The position numbers and the translations under genes are program-made. A stretch of DNA of 64,000 bases, taken from Candidatus Latescibacterota bacterium. GTDB taxonomy: Bacteria; Latescibacterota; UBA2968; UBA8231. The DNA lies in the NCBI GenBank assembly GCA_965200315.1, contig OZ241362.1, positions 2,272,001-2,336,000 on the forward strand, read 5' to 3'. Numbering within the stretch: position 1 is the stretch's first letter; each line of letters begins with the position of its first letter. This document shows positions 18,817 through 27,982 of this stretch, one piece after another. The notes under the pieces were generated by a model. It did not search any database. It saw only the letters and a list, made by a program, of their open reading frames with translations, and had not been told where the DNA came from.

Positions 18817-19502
18817 TCCGCCTCACTACTCTCGTATTGCTCATTGGCTTAGCGGGCTGCGGTGGCCACAGCGCTTTTACGCGCGTCGAGTTTCGCGCCC
18901 CGTCGCAACCCGATCCGGTCTTGCGCCCCTACCTCGCGGAAGTCGATCACATTGGCGTCGTTTGCGCGACCAACATCGAACCATTTCGGGAGCTGGACAT
19001 CGAGAAGGTCATGGTGCGTCTGTCCAATGCCGTGGTCCGTAGCCTCGGCAACATTCCCAAGACCGAAGTGATGAACCAAGACGAAATCACCTACAAGCTC
19101 AAGGATATTCGACTCGACTCGACGAGCGTCCACCAAGACTCGGTACAGGCCGTTCTCAAGGAGGAGCTAGAGCTCGACGCCTTAGTCCTCGTCGAGCTGA
19201 GGCACTTACAGGCGCGGATGATGCCCATGTCGCCCACGCCCTACGGCATGTCGCCCAGCCCCGGCATAGACCTGACGATAGATCTCAAGGTCAGCCTGAT
19301 CAATCTCAACACCAATCAGGTCTGGCAACAGGGGGGCACACAGCGCAATTACCAACCGGTGCAACTACAACTCTTCGGCGGTAACAAACAAGGCGAGCGC
19401 CAACTGCTCATGGCTCTCGCCCGTCCACTACAACGCTTCCTCTTCCGCATCGCCCCGCCGCCCATGCCGCAGACCCGCCACTTCGATCTAAGCGGCGACT
19501 AA
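18813..19502 (+). CDS. Hypothetical lipoprotein
   Basis: Lipobox LAGC; TTG start overlaps the upstream stop (translational coupling). Confidence 0.8.
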   Translation: MIRLTTLVLLIGLAGCGGHSAFTRVEFRAPSQPDPVLRPYLAEVDHIGVVCATNIEPFRELDIEKVMVRLSNAVVRSLGNIPKTEVMNQDEITYKLKDIRLDSTSVHQDSVQAVLKEELELDALVLVELRHLQARMMPMSPTPYGMSPSPGIDLTIDLKVSLINLNTNQVWQQGGTQRNYQPVQLQLFGGNKQGERQLLMALARPLQRFLFRIAPPPMPQTRHFDLSGD

Positions 19503-19503
19503 T

Positions 19504-19535
19504 AAAAAGCGGAGGGTATTTTGTGGCCCTCCGCT
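19504..19535 (-). terminator. Intrinsic terminator between convergent genes
   Basis: AGCGGAGGG...CCCTCCGCT stem, with a T-tract following on the minus strand. Confidence 0.7.
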
Positions 19536-19583
19536 GGTACTATCTATAGTCAGGAAGTAGGCGGTATTCTCTGATGAGAGCGC

Positions 19584-20015
19584 TCATGGGCATTCATCAA
19601 GCCGATCTGCCCATATTTTTAGAAACTCCTCAGGCGTCGCAATGCTCACTCCTAGCGGTGGGAAGTCGTTCGGATTCCGCGCGATCAGAACATGAGCTCC
19701 AACTCGAATGGCAGAGTGAAACTGGATGGCATCCTCGAAATCGTCGCAGGCTGAGTCGATAGCCTGATTGATAATTTTGCTATCAGGAGCCACGGAATCG
19801 AATGTATCCCGCAACAGTTTCAATACCTTTTCGGCCTTTATTTTGCTTTCAACTTTTCGCACAATGTAGTAAACGTTGTTGAAGCTAATGGCTGAAATAA
19901 ACGCCGTAAGGTCCCCGCGCTCGGCCAGTGTCCAAACGTATGCAGAAGCTCGATAGTGGGGTTCGCGGCGTATGAGTACATCCAGCAGAACATTGGTATC
20001 CACCAGCGCGATCAT
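19584..20015 (-). CDS. PIN-domain toxin (VapC-like)
   Basis: LVDTNVLLD, DFEDAIQ, RNPNDF acidic PIN motifs. Confidence 0.9.
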   Translation of the reverse strand: MIALVDTNVLLDVLIRREPHYRASAYVWTLAERGDLTAFISAISFNNVYYIVRKVESKIKAEKVLKLLRDTFDSVAPDSKIINQAIDSACDDFEDAIQFHSAIRVGAHVLIARNPNDFPPLGVSIATPEEFLKIWADRLDECP

Positions 20016-20269
20016 TACCGTACTCCGTATTTTTCACCAAGCGCATTTTCGAGCAACTCGCTCTCCGTTTGATCCGCTGGCAACTTCACGATTCCAGATG
20101 CACTGAGCGCAATCGGGCCTAAGGTGTCTTTAGGATCGCATTCTTGGTCAATAGTGCGAAAAAGCCGGACGAAAAGTGCCGAAACGCTAGTTTTCTTTTT
20201 AGCTGCGATCCGCTTGGTCTCCGCAATAACTTCCTCTGGCGCACTCAGGGTCAGCTTTTTAACGGCCAT
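20015..20269 (-). CDS. Ribbon-helix-helix antitoxin (DUF6364-like)
   Basis: KKLTLS...K..A.....SVSALF RHH pattern; 1-nt overlap with the PIN gene; AGGAGG RBS. Confidence 0.82.
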   Translation of the reverse strand: MAVKKLTLSAPEEVIAETKRIAAKKKTSVSALFVRLFRTIDQECDPKDTLGPIALSASGIVKLPADQTESELLENALGEKYGVR

Positions 20270-20294
20270 CTTAGCCTCCTATTAGACAGCATTT

Positions 20295-20344
20295 ATACGT
20301 ATTATTTTTTTGAAAGATTACGTAATTTTAGACTTAAGTGTCAA
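20295..20344 (-). promoter_or_regulatory. TA promoter with two palindromic operators
   Basis: TTGACA (20344-20339)-18 bp-TAATCT (20320-20315); palindromes ATTACGTAAT (20317-20326) and ATACGTAT (20295-20302). Confidence 0.65.
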
Positions 20345-20406
20345 GCATATCAAAATTCAAAGGAGATCGAAAGGACGGAATCACGCCGACGCTGCCGCTT
20401 AGGCAT

Positions 20407-20440
20407 AAAAAAAGCGGAAGTCCCGAAAGGACCTCCGCTT
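20407..20440 (-). terminator. Intrinsic terminator after the Gly/Tyr-rich lipoprotein gene
   Basis: AAGCGGA.GTCC...GGAC.TCCGCTT stem followed by a T-tract on the minus strand. Confidence 0.8.
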
Positions 20441-20462
20441 CTTCTGAGTCTCTAGCGAAAAA

Positions 20463-21158
20463 TCAGCGCCGTCGCTTCTTGGGCTTCGCCGATTTCTTCG
20501 TCGCAGACGATTTGGAGGCTGGTGTAGACGACGCGGAGGACGCCTTCGGAGTCGATCTTTGCGTCGCACTAGGCGCACTAGTAGAGGTCGCACGCGGCGT
20601 AGGCGTAGGCGCACTGCGCACCCGAGGCTCTACCCGCCTCTGCCACACATTTTCTTCGCGGCGCTGTATTTCGGCAGCGGCTGCCGGATCGGCAATCGCC
20701 GGCGTCGCACTCCGCCGACTCGCCGCACGCAAATCGTCGAGCTGGCGCGTGCTGACCATTTCATAACCTGGCGGCACGTAGTAACCACTCGAACTCCGAT
20801 AGTACGGATCATAGCCGTAACTATAGGGCCCATAGCCGCCATAGTAGGAGGGATAGCCGCCGTAGTAGGAAGGATAGTAGCCAGAGGTAGGATAATAGCC
20901 ACCATAGCCACCGTAGTAGCCACCATAGCCACCATAGCCGCCGCGCACACCCGGATAGCGGTAGAGATCGTCCATGTAGTCGCGGTCGTCGAACTGGCCA
21001 ATCGTCGGTGCCTCGACATCGCGGCTCTTGACGCGGGCCAGATCCTCGTCGTGCAGACTGGCCGTCTCATAAGGGCTACTGAGCACCGTGTAGCAGCCGC
21101 TGGTCATCAGTGCAGTTAGCGGCAGGGCCGAGCACAAAATCAAAGCCTTCGTTTTCAT
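20463..21158 (-). CDS. Gly/Tyr-rich low-complexity lipoprotein
   Basis: Lipobox TSGC; GGYGGYGGYY tract; S/T/P-rich then K/R-rich tail; AAGGAGG RBS. Confidence 0.8.
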   Translation of the reverse strand: MKTKALILCSALPLTALMTSGCYTVLSSPYETASLHDEDLARVKSRDVEAPTIGQFDDRDYMDDLYRYPGVRGGYGGYGGYYGGYGGYYPTSGYYPSYYGGYPSYYGGYGPYSYGYDPYYRSSSGYYVPPGYEMVSTRQLDDLRAASRRSATPAIADPAAAAEIQRREENVWQRRVEPRVRSAPTPTPRATSTSAPSATQRSTPKASSASSTPASKSSATKKSAKPKKRRR

Positions 21159-21242
21159 AGGTTAGCTACCTCCTTAAGGAGCGTTAAACTCATCTCTCGC
21201 CTTGAATATACACAAACCGGCAACAGGAACAAAAAATAAAAA

Positions 21243-22610
21243 CTAAAAGTTGTAGCCCACGCCGACGACAAGGCGATTGATCGCATAGTCTTCGCTAAGG
21301 ACGTTGTCTGAGGATTCGACTGAGTATTCTTCTACTTGCTTAAACGCACCCCGCACCCAAGCTATATCTATTTGCATGGCCTCGTCGAGCAGTATCCCGG
21401 CTCCGAGGGTAATAAAGCGCCGGTCCTCTTCAATGCGGATGGGCGGGTCGTCGGAGTCGAGGTCGTGCGGGCCGACAAAGGGAACCGGATCCACGAAGTA
21501 GCCTGCCCGCAGATCCAGCGCAACGACCGGCACTTGGTACTCGACGCCGAAGTGGTAGCGCAAGACGTCTCTGTACTGCGTCTCAAACGAGTTATTAGCG
21601 TCATCGGCTCCCTTGTACTCGCTCTGCGACCACTCGGCCAAATGCAGGCTGCCGGCTAGCGTCAGGCCCGGCAGAGCCTCGGCCGACGCGCCCACGCCGA
21701 ACTCAAAAGGCAGCGCGAGCTCGTATGTGTTGCTGCTCTCTGTGTCCGCGAATTCCCCTACGGTCCCGTCGTCGCACTCAATGGAGCTATAATCATCTGC
21801 AAGAGGTGCGTCTGGAGTACCTTCTGGGAATAAGTGTTGGCAAGGGTTTGGTTTGCCCTCGGATGAGGGACCGCGGAAGACATAGCGAATTTCGTGCGTC
21901 CCCCCGGTGGCAAACGTCGCGCCCAACCTGTAGCGAGGCTTGTCGCGCGGCGTGCGTAGCATCGTGCCTAAGACAGCATACGGAGTCCACTTATATTCGT
22001 CCGTAAAGGTGTCGCGCGCGAGCAAGCGCTGTTCGTAGAATTCGTCCTGCGGATCGGCCCAGTCAAATTCATTGACGGCCTCGTCTTCGCCGCTGACTAA
22101 ACCCAAGGTCGCACCTAGCGAAATGGCCGGCGACACGTCGATGGCAGCAGACACTCCCGCCAAAGCCAACTCGCCCTCATGCTGGAAGGTGTGGTTCGCA
22201 GCAAGGCCCTCGGCGTCACCCTTTTGATTGAGGTTCCAGTCGAAGTCCTTGATGCGGGTCAGGCCAGCCGCCAAGACCAAACTGCCGCGATAGACCGGAT
22301 AGGGATAGACAAAACCGAGTGAGCCAAAGCGCGTATTGGTCAGCTCGCTTCTCCCTGGAGTGCCGTTGAAAATCGAGTCGTTGGCGCGGTTATTCCGCAG
22401 CAAAGAGATCTGCACCTCGCGCTGCTGCATCTGGGCCAAGCCCGCCGGATTCCAGTACATGGCCGTGAAATCGTCGGCCACCCCCACAAAGGCACCACCC
22501 ATGCCCATGGCCCGCACCCCAACTCCAGCAAAATTGTCGATGGCCCGCTCCTCTTGGGCCACCGCGCCGCCCACCCACACGCAAAGCAAAGCAATAGTCA
22601 GTATCTTCAT
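21243..22610 (-). CDS. FadL/OmpP1/PorV-like outer-membrane beta-barrel
   Basis: Signal peptide; GVRAMGMGGAFVGVADD.TAMYWNPAGLA motif; C-terminal VGVGYNF beta-signal. Confidence 0.85.
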   Translation of the reverse strand: MKILTIALLCVWVGGAVAQEERAIDNFAGVGVRAMGMGGAFVGVADDFTAMYWNPAGLAQMQQREVQISLLRNNRANDSIFNGTPGRSELTNTRFGSLGFVYPYPVYRGSLVLAAGLTRIKDFDWNLNQKGDAEGLAANHTFQHEGELALAGVSAAIDVSPAISLGATLGLVSGEDEAVNEFDWADPQDEFYEQRLLARDTFTDEYKWTPYAVLGTMLRTPRDKPRYRLGATFATGGTHEIRYVFRGPSSEGKPNPCQHLFPEGTPDAPLADDYSSIECDDGTVGEFADTESSNTYELALPFEFGVGASAEALPGLTLAGSLHLAEWSQSEYKGADDANNSFETQYRDVLRYHFGVEYQVPVVALDLRAGYFVDPVPFVGPHDLDSDDPPIRIEEDRRFITLGAGILLDEAMQIDIAWVRGAFKQVEEYSVESSDNVLSEDYAINRLVVGVGYNF

Positions 22611-22734
22611 ACAAAACCTCTCTTGAAGACTGTCGCCTAAAGACGACAGAGGAAAAGAGTATAACTCCCTCGCCGCCCGACGTAGCTCAGGCGGCCTTGC
22701 TTGAAGGGACGATGCGCCGTTTCAACGAGGCGGC

Positions 22735-23463
22735 TTACCGGAATTTCTTCCTGTACGTGACTGACAACTCCCGAATGGATTGGGAGCCAAAGTGATCGCT
22801 TTCCAGCGCGTTTTTAAGATAATACGCGACCATTAGCTGCGGCGCTACGGTCCAAGCCCCCCCGACGTTCAAATAGCCTCCTGCCACGCCCTGATTTTGT
22901 AGGCCGTTGTTGCGGCCCAAGTCGTATTCGGCAAATAGGGCCATAAATCGCAAGCTCTTGTCGATACCCAACCACGCCGACCAGTCGCCGTCGTCGGCAT
23001 CTTCGCGGGACACATTGACGCCTGCATGGACGCCGAGCTCCCCTAGCATCGAGGTGTAATTCTTGCTCAGTACCAGATAGATTCCCTTGGATTTGACTTG
23101 GTAGCGCTGGCTTCTATACGGTCCGATGCCTTGAGAATCGAAGCCCAAGACCAGCGCCGGCCACGTGTAGCCCTCCTCGAGAATCCGGCACTGAGCAGCC
23201 ACTGCCACGCGCGGGTACCAATCAACTGCACCCGTGCCAATGAGCTGCTCGCCGCCAAAAGACGCGCCCACGCTCAGCCGCTTGAGCACTCCAACGCGCA
23301 AACGACCGACAGCTCCCCCGTCGACAAACAAGCGAACATTCACCGCATAGTGCCCCTTGTTGACCAACCCGGCCGTCGGGCTATCGATCAAGCTCGTCAA
23401 CTCAGCCCTGTCGGCCACTGCCGGACCAACGGCAATGCAAAGGCTCAGTATTAGCCGCTGCAA
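22735..23463 (-). CDS. Putative outer-membrane beta-barrel (YjbH-like)
   Basis: Signal peptide, LIDSPTAG N-terminal motif, amphipathic strands. Confidence 0.6.
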   Translation of the reverse strand: MQRLILSLCIAVGPAVADRAELTSLIDSPTAGLVNKGHYAVNVRLFVDGGAVGRLRVGVLKRLSVGASFGGEQLIGTGAVDWYPRVAVAAQCRILEEGYTWPALVLGFDSQGIGPYRSQRYQVKSKGIYLVLSKNYTSMLGELGVHAGVNVSREDADDGDWSAWLGIDKSLRFMALFAEYDLGRNNGLQNQGVAGGYLNVGGAWTVAPQLMVAYYLKNALESDHFGSQSIRELSVTYRKKFR

Positions 23464-23487
23464 AAACCCCTCCCTGTGGCCAATTTC

Positions 23488-23943
23488 TCAGAAATCTATT
23501 TCTTCTAACCCATCCCCTTCCAAGGTAATTCGCCGCTCGCAATCCTCACCGTGCTCTAGCCACACATGGCAGCACCTATCGGGCAGCGAGCCATCGGCGC
23601 GCTCGGCCCACTCGACCAAGCAGACGCCGTGGCCATAAAAGTACTCTTCTGCCCCTAAATCCTCAAGCTCTTCAACTCCCCCCAGCCTATAGAGATCAAA
23701 GTGATAGACGGGTAGATCGCGACCCCTACATTGCCCTGCATATTCGTTGATCAGGATAAAGGTCGGACTAGTGACGTAATCGGCCACTTGCAAAGCCTCG
23801 CACACGCCTTGGATCATACAGGTTTTGCCACTGCCCAAGTCGCCGCGAAAGGCGATCACATCGCCCGGTGCCAAACGCCGGCCCAGCGCAACACCCAACG
23901 CGTGGGTCTGGGCCGCTGAGTGCGTGGTGAGAACTCTTTTCAT
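23488..23943 (-). CDS. tsaE: tRNA threonylcarbamoyladenosine biosynthesis ATPase
   Basis: GDLGSGKT, VTSPTF, YHFDLYRL, LVEWAE. Confidence 0.96.
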   Translation of the reverse strand: MKRVLTTHSAAQTHALGVALGRRLAPGDVIAFRGDLGSGKTCMIQGVCEALQVADYVTSPTFILINEYAGQCRGRDLPVYHFDLYRLGGVEELEDLGAEEYFYGHGVCLVEWAERADGSLPDRCCHVWLEHGEDCERRITLEGDGLEEIDF

Positions 23944-23949
23944 TTTGCC

Positions 23950-25509
23950 TTACTTGGGTTCCATAATCGCCACGGGCAAAATCATTTCTTCCAAGGATAT
24001 ACCGCCGTGCTGGAAGCTGCCCTTGTAGCGGCGCTGGTACTTGTTGAACTGGGTCGGATAAACGAAGTAGAAGTCCTCGCGGGCGACGATGAAGCTATGC
24101 CCGAGTCCCGTCGAAGGCAGTCCGTAGGCCTGTGGATCGGCGATCAGCAGTGCGTCCTTTTCCTCGCAGCGGAGATTCTGGCCATACTTGTAGCGCAGAC
24201 TCGAAGACGTGCTGCGGTCTCCGTACACCACCGAAGCACGCGTACCGCGCATGGAGCCGTGGTCAGTCGTCAGTACTACCACCGCATCGGTGCGGGCAAT
24301 GCCCTTGAGGGTTTCAAAGAGCGACGCATTGCCAAACCACGTCTGCACCAAGGCGCGAAAGGCCGCCTCGTTGGGTGCCATTTCCTTGAGCAAGTCTGAC
24401 TGCGCTTGGCTGTGTACCAGCATGTCGAGAAAATTGTACACCACCGACACAAGCGGCCACTTGCCCAGCGACGGTATCTTGCGGGTCAATTTCCGGGCCT
24501 CGCTGGTGTCTAGCACTTTGACGTAGTGCGAACCCGGTTTGAGTGCGATGCCCATGTCGCAGACCAAGTCGTCGATGAGTTGGTGCTCGTACCGATTGAG
24601 GCTGTATTCGTTGTCTTGGGACTCGTGCCATAAGGTGCGGTACTTGTCGGCGATCTCTTTGGGAAAAAGCCCGCTGAAGATCGCGTTGCGCGCAAAAGGC
24701 GTGGCTGTCGGCAAAATCGAGTAGTGGTAGGAGCGCTTGATGTTGAAGTACTCGGCCAATTGCGGCTCCATCACCATCCAGTGATCCAAGCGCAGGCAAT
24801 CAACCACGATGAAGAATACCTGTCGGCCCTGTTCGAGATAGGGCACCGCGAACTCGGGCACCACATCCACCGACAATGGCGGCGAATCTTCCTCATCTGC
24901 TACCCAGCGCGTGTAATGCTGCTCGACAAAGCGTCCGAACGCGCGGTTGCACTCGCGCCGTTGATCCCCAATCATCTGGCTGAGACCCGCGTCATCCAAA
25001 CGCGCCACTTCAATGTCCCACTCACAGAGTTGCCGATGTATATCGATCCACGTCTGCCAAGTCGCGCCCGCAATCTGCTCGCGGATCTGGCCCGCCCGCC
25101 AGACGTAGTGCTGCCCGGCTTGGCTTTGGCGAATCTGCCGCGCGTCGAGCAACTGTTTGCAAGCCATGAAAATCTGGCTGGGATTGACCGGCTTCGTCAG
25201 GTAGTTGTCGATGCGGCGGCCAATGGCCTCGTCCATCAGGTGTTCTTCTTCGCTCTTGGTGATCATAATCACCGGCACGTTGGGATCGGCTATCTTGATC
25301 TGCTCCAAGGTCGAAAGTCCGTCCAGCCCCGGCATCATCTCGTCGAGTAGTACAATGTCAAAGGGCACTTGGGCAATCAGAGCAATGGCGTCCTTACCGT
25401 TGCTCACCGGCGTGACCGCGTAGCCCCTTTCGTCTAGAAAGCGCCGGTGAGCGCGCAATAGGTCGATCTCGTCGTCGGCCCAGAGTATCTTTCGCTTGTC
25501 CCCTTCCAT
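23950..25509 (-). CDS. porX: PorX-like response regulator (REC + PglZ/alkaline-phosphatase domain)
   Basis: ILWADDEIDLL, LLDEMMPG, MITKSEEE; DCLRLD, LPTATPFARNAIFSG, TTDHG, FQHGGISLEEM; adjacent to tsaE as in Bacteroidota. Confidence 0.88.
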   Translation of the reverse strand: MEGDKRKILWADDEIDLLRAHRRFLDERGYAVTPVSNGKDAIALIAQVPFDIVLLDEMMPGLDGLSTLEQIKIADPNVPVIMITKSEEEHLMDEAIGRRIDNYLTKPVNPSQIFMACKQLLDARQIRQSQAGQHYVWRAGQIREQIAGATWQTWIDIHRQLCEWDIEVARLDDAGLSQMIGDQRRECNRAFGRFVEQHYTRWVADEEDSPPLSVDVVPEFAVPYLEQGRQVFFIVVDCLRLDHWMVMEPQLAEYFNIKRSYHYSILPTATPFARNAIFSGLFPKEIADKYRTLWHESQDNEYSLNRYEHQLIDDLVCDMGIALKPGSHYVKVLDTSEARKLTRKIPSLGKWPLVSVVYNFLDMLVHSQAQSDLLKEMAPNEAAFRALVQTWFGNASLFETLKGIARTDAVVVLTTDHGSMRGTRASVVYGDRSTSSSLRYKYGQNLRCEEKDALLIADPQAYGLPSTGLGHSFIVAREDFYFVYPTQFNKYQRRYKGSFQHGGISLEEMILPVAIMEPK

Positions 25510-25570
25510 CTGTCGCCTTTATCTGTATAATTTCATCTTTGAAATAACGCTCTGAACCCCCACTCGTTCC

Positions 25571-27343
25571 TCAACTCAAGGGCACAACCACCTCAAAGGT
25601 CGTGCCCTCGCCCGGCGCACTATGCACCAAGCTGATCTTGCCCTTGTGGTATTCTTCGACGATGCGCTTGACAAACACCAGCCCCAACCCCCAACCGCGC
25701 TTCTTGGTGCTGAACCCCGGCTCAAAGATGCGCTTGACGTGCTCGGGTTCAATGCCGCGCCCGTCGTCCTGAAACGCGATCTGCACGGCGCGGCTTGCGG
25801 GCAAAAGCTCCATGCGGATGCGCAAGCTGCCCGCCTGACCGTCCATGGCGTCCATGGCGTTCTTGCACAGATTCTCAAACGCCCAACTCATCAATTCGGC
25901 GTTGATCGGCACCGGGGGCAACTCGCCCAAGCATTCCAGTTTGATTTCCTGTCGCCCGAATTGCGGGACGCGACGCCGGAAGTACTCTGCCGTCTCCTCT
26001 AGCACGACTGCTAGGTCCTTTTCTTTTAATTCGGGTACCGAGCCGATCTGGCTGAAGCGCGAGGCGATTTGGTCGAGGCGGCGCATGTCCTGCTCTATCT
26101 CCCCGATCATCTGATCAACGCGCTGCCAACGCTCGTCTCGCTCCGACCCCGGAGCGGCGGCCTCACCGCGCAGCAGTTCTAGCCACCCGGATAGCGAGGA
26201 GAGCGGGGTGCCGAGTTGGTGGGCTGTCTCCTTGGCCATACCCACCCAGAGCGAGCGCTGTTGGCTGCGCTTAATGTTGCGGTAGCCGATATAGCCGACG
26301 AGCAGAAAGAGAACCAACACGCCAATCTGCACAAAAGGGGCGAGGGAAATGCGACCGACCAAACTCGTGTCGCCGTAGTGAATATAGTGCTCAGCCGGGA
26401 TCCTGAACTCTAGCGGTAGGCGCTGGCTGGCCAAGCTATCGACAAAGGCCCGGAGCTGGTCTTGCACCGCTTGAGTGGGATCGTCGCTGGCCAGCGGCAG
26501 CCCAGCCCCCACCCAAGCCCTAAATTGGCCCTCGGCGTCGGTGATGATTGCGTTGGTCTCGTCCCAATGCAGATAACTGAAGCTAGCGGCCGGTACGCTG
26601 AAGAGCAGCGGTTCTCCGGCTTCCATCTCCTGCAACGCCCGTTGCACCTCGGCGAGGGCCGCGGCCGAGGTGTCGCTGCTCGCTGGCAGATCCGTCCCCT
26701 GCCACACCGCGATGGCTCCTTGCGTATCCGCGATGATGACGCGGCCCCCCTCGCAGTAGAGTCGCCCCAAGGTCGCTGGCGACCAATAAAAGGGAATAGG
26801 TGGATTTTGGACGTCCATTTCCTCGATCAGCTCGTGTAGCCGAGCCGTCGAAGCGACCGGCGCGTCCACTGCTTCGCTGCGCCAAAAGGCCCAGTTGTCC
26901 AACAAGCTCGACGTATCGATGTCCTCGGCCTGGATGATCTCGCCGCGGTGATTGGTGATGATGCGCGGGAAATCGACCTTGGTGATCACCTCGGTAAAGA
27001 GGGTGGAAATTTGGCCTTCTGATGCCTGCGGCGTGAACGAGATCAGGTGCGCATAGAGATCGACCCGATTCTTTTCGTGTTCGCGCAATTCGGCGATGAT
27101 CGACTCGTTGTAGAGCAGGAAGGCCAAAATAGCGGCAATGCTGCCGAGGAAGATGTACGCGCGAAGAACCGGCGACGCGCCCAAGCTGGCTAGGGCATCG
27201 CGCCGCCAGCGCCGCCAGCCGCGCACGGGCGACGCACCTTTTGCCGATCGCGGCTGAGCATCCGCAGGCACCGCGATCTCCTCTATTGGAATCGAGTGGC
27301 GGTGACGGCGGCGTTTGGATGCAGTATGGTCGCGTTGACTCAT
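25571..27343 (-). CDS. Membrane sensor histidine kinase
   Basis: Two TM helices, ETAHQLGTPLSSL H-box, ENLCKNAMDA, DDGRGI, GWGLGL; start ATG 27343. Confidence 0.92.
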   Translation of the reverse strand: MSQRDHTASKRRRHRHSIPIEEIAVPADAQPRSAKGASPVRGWRRWRRDALASLGASPVLRAYIFLGSIAAILAFLLYNESIIAELREHEKNRVDLYAHLISFTPQASEGQISTLFTEVITKVDFPRIITNHRGEIIQAEDIDTSSLLDNWAFWRSEAVDAPVASTARLHELIEEMDVQNPPIPFYWSPATLGRLYCEGGRVIIADTQGAIAVWQGTDLPASSDTSAAALAEVQRALQEMEAGEPLLFSVPAASFSYLHWDETNAIITDAEGQFRAWVGAGLPLASDDPTQAVQDQLRAFVDSLASQRLPLEFRIPAEHYIHYGDTSLVGRISLAPFVQIGVLVLFLLVGYIGYRNIKRSQQRSLWVGMAKETAHQLGTPLSSLSGWLELLRGEAAAPGSERDERWQRVDQMIGEIEQDMRRLDQIASRFSQIGSVPELKEKDLAVVLEETAEYFRRRVPQFGRQEIKLECLGELPPVPINAELMSWAFENLCKNAMDAMDGQAGSLRIRMELLPASRAVQIAFQDDGRGIEPEHVKRIFEPGFSTKKRGWGLGLVFVKRIVEEYHKGKISLVHSAPGEGTTFEVVVPLS

Positions 27344-27415
27344 CGACAAGAAGAAAAAATCCATCGGCAGCGCGGTGCAGATGGATTTTTCACGCAAAAA
27401 CGAGGTGGGAAAGGG

Positions 27416-27874
27416 CTATTTCTTTTGAACTTGGGGTTCAGGCCCGGGCGTGAGAGGCTTTGTTGCTGCGCCATCCGGGCCACCTATTGCCGGCGACTGA
27501 CTCTTCTTCTCGTGGTTTTCCATCGAACAAGAGCCGTGGAAGATCGCGCCCTCGGCGACCGTGAACGAGTTGGTGTACACTTCACCGGTAAAGCGCGATT
27601 GCGTATCCAGCCGCACCTTATCGGCACGCACAGTGCCATTCACAAGGCCGTCGATGTACGCGTCTTTGCACTGCATCAAAGTAGCATCGGCCTCGCCCGA
27701 TTGGCTGATCGTCAGCTCTCCTGAGCAGGTCAGTTCGCCCTTGAATACGCCGTCTATTCTGACGCTGTTATCTACCGTCAGCTTGCCTTCAAAGCGGCTA
27801 CCGCGACCGATAATCGTATTGAGCGCTTGTCCGCTACTAGAAGTGGAGGCACCTCTCTTTTTGTTACTCAACAT
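27416..27874 (-). CDS. Bactofilin (polymer-forming cytoskeletal protein)
   Basis: TIIGRGSRFEGKL...VRIDG...IDG.VNG...GAIFHGSCSM beta-helix pattern. Confidence 0.9.
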   Translation of the reverse strand: MLSNKKRGASTSSSGQALNTIIGRGSRFEGKLTVDNSVRIDGVFKGELTCSGELTISQSGEADATLMQCKDAYIDGLVNGTVRADKVRLDTQSRFTGEVYTNSFTVAEGAIFHGSCSMENHEKKSQSPAIGGPDGAATKPLTPGPEPQVQKK

Positions 27875-27982
27875 TTCTTTTTGTCCTAATTAGGTTGCGC
27901 TTTGGCACGGCTCTTTAGCCGCTATGTGTGTAAATATACAACACGATTTAGCGGTGGGCGAACCACCAAGCGGCGCACTTTG

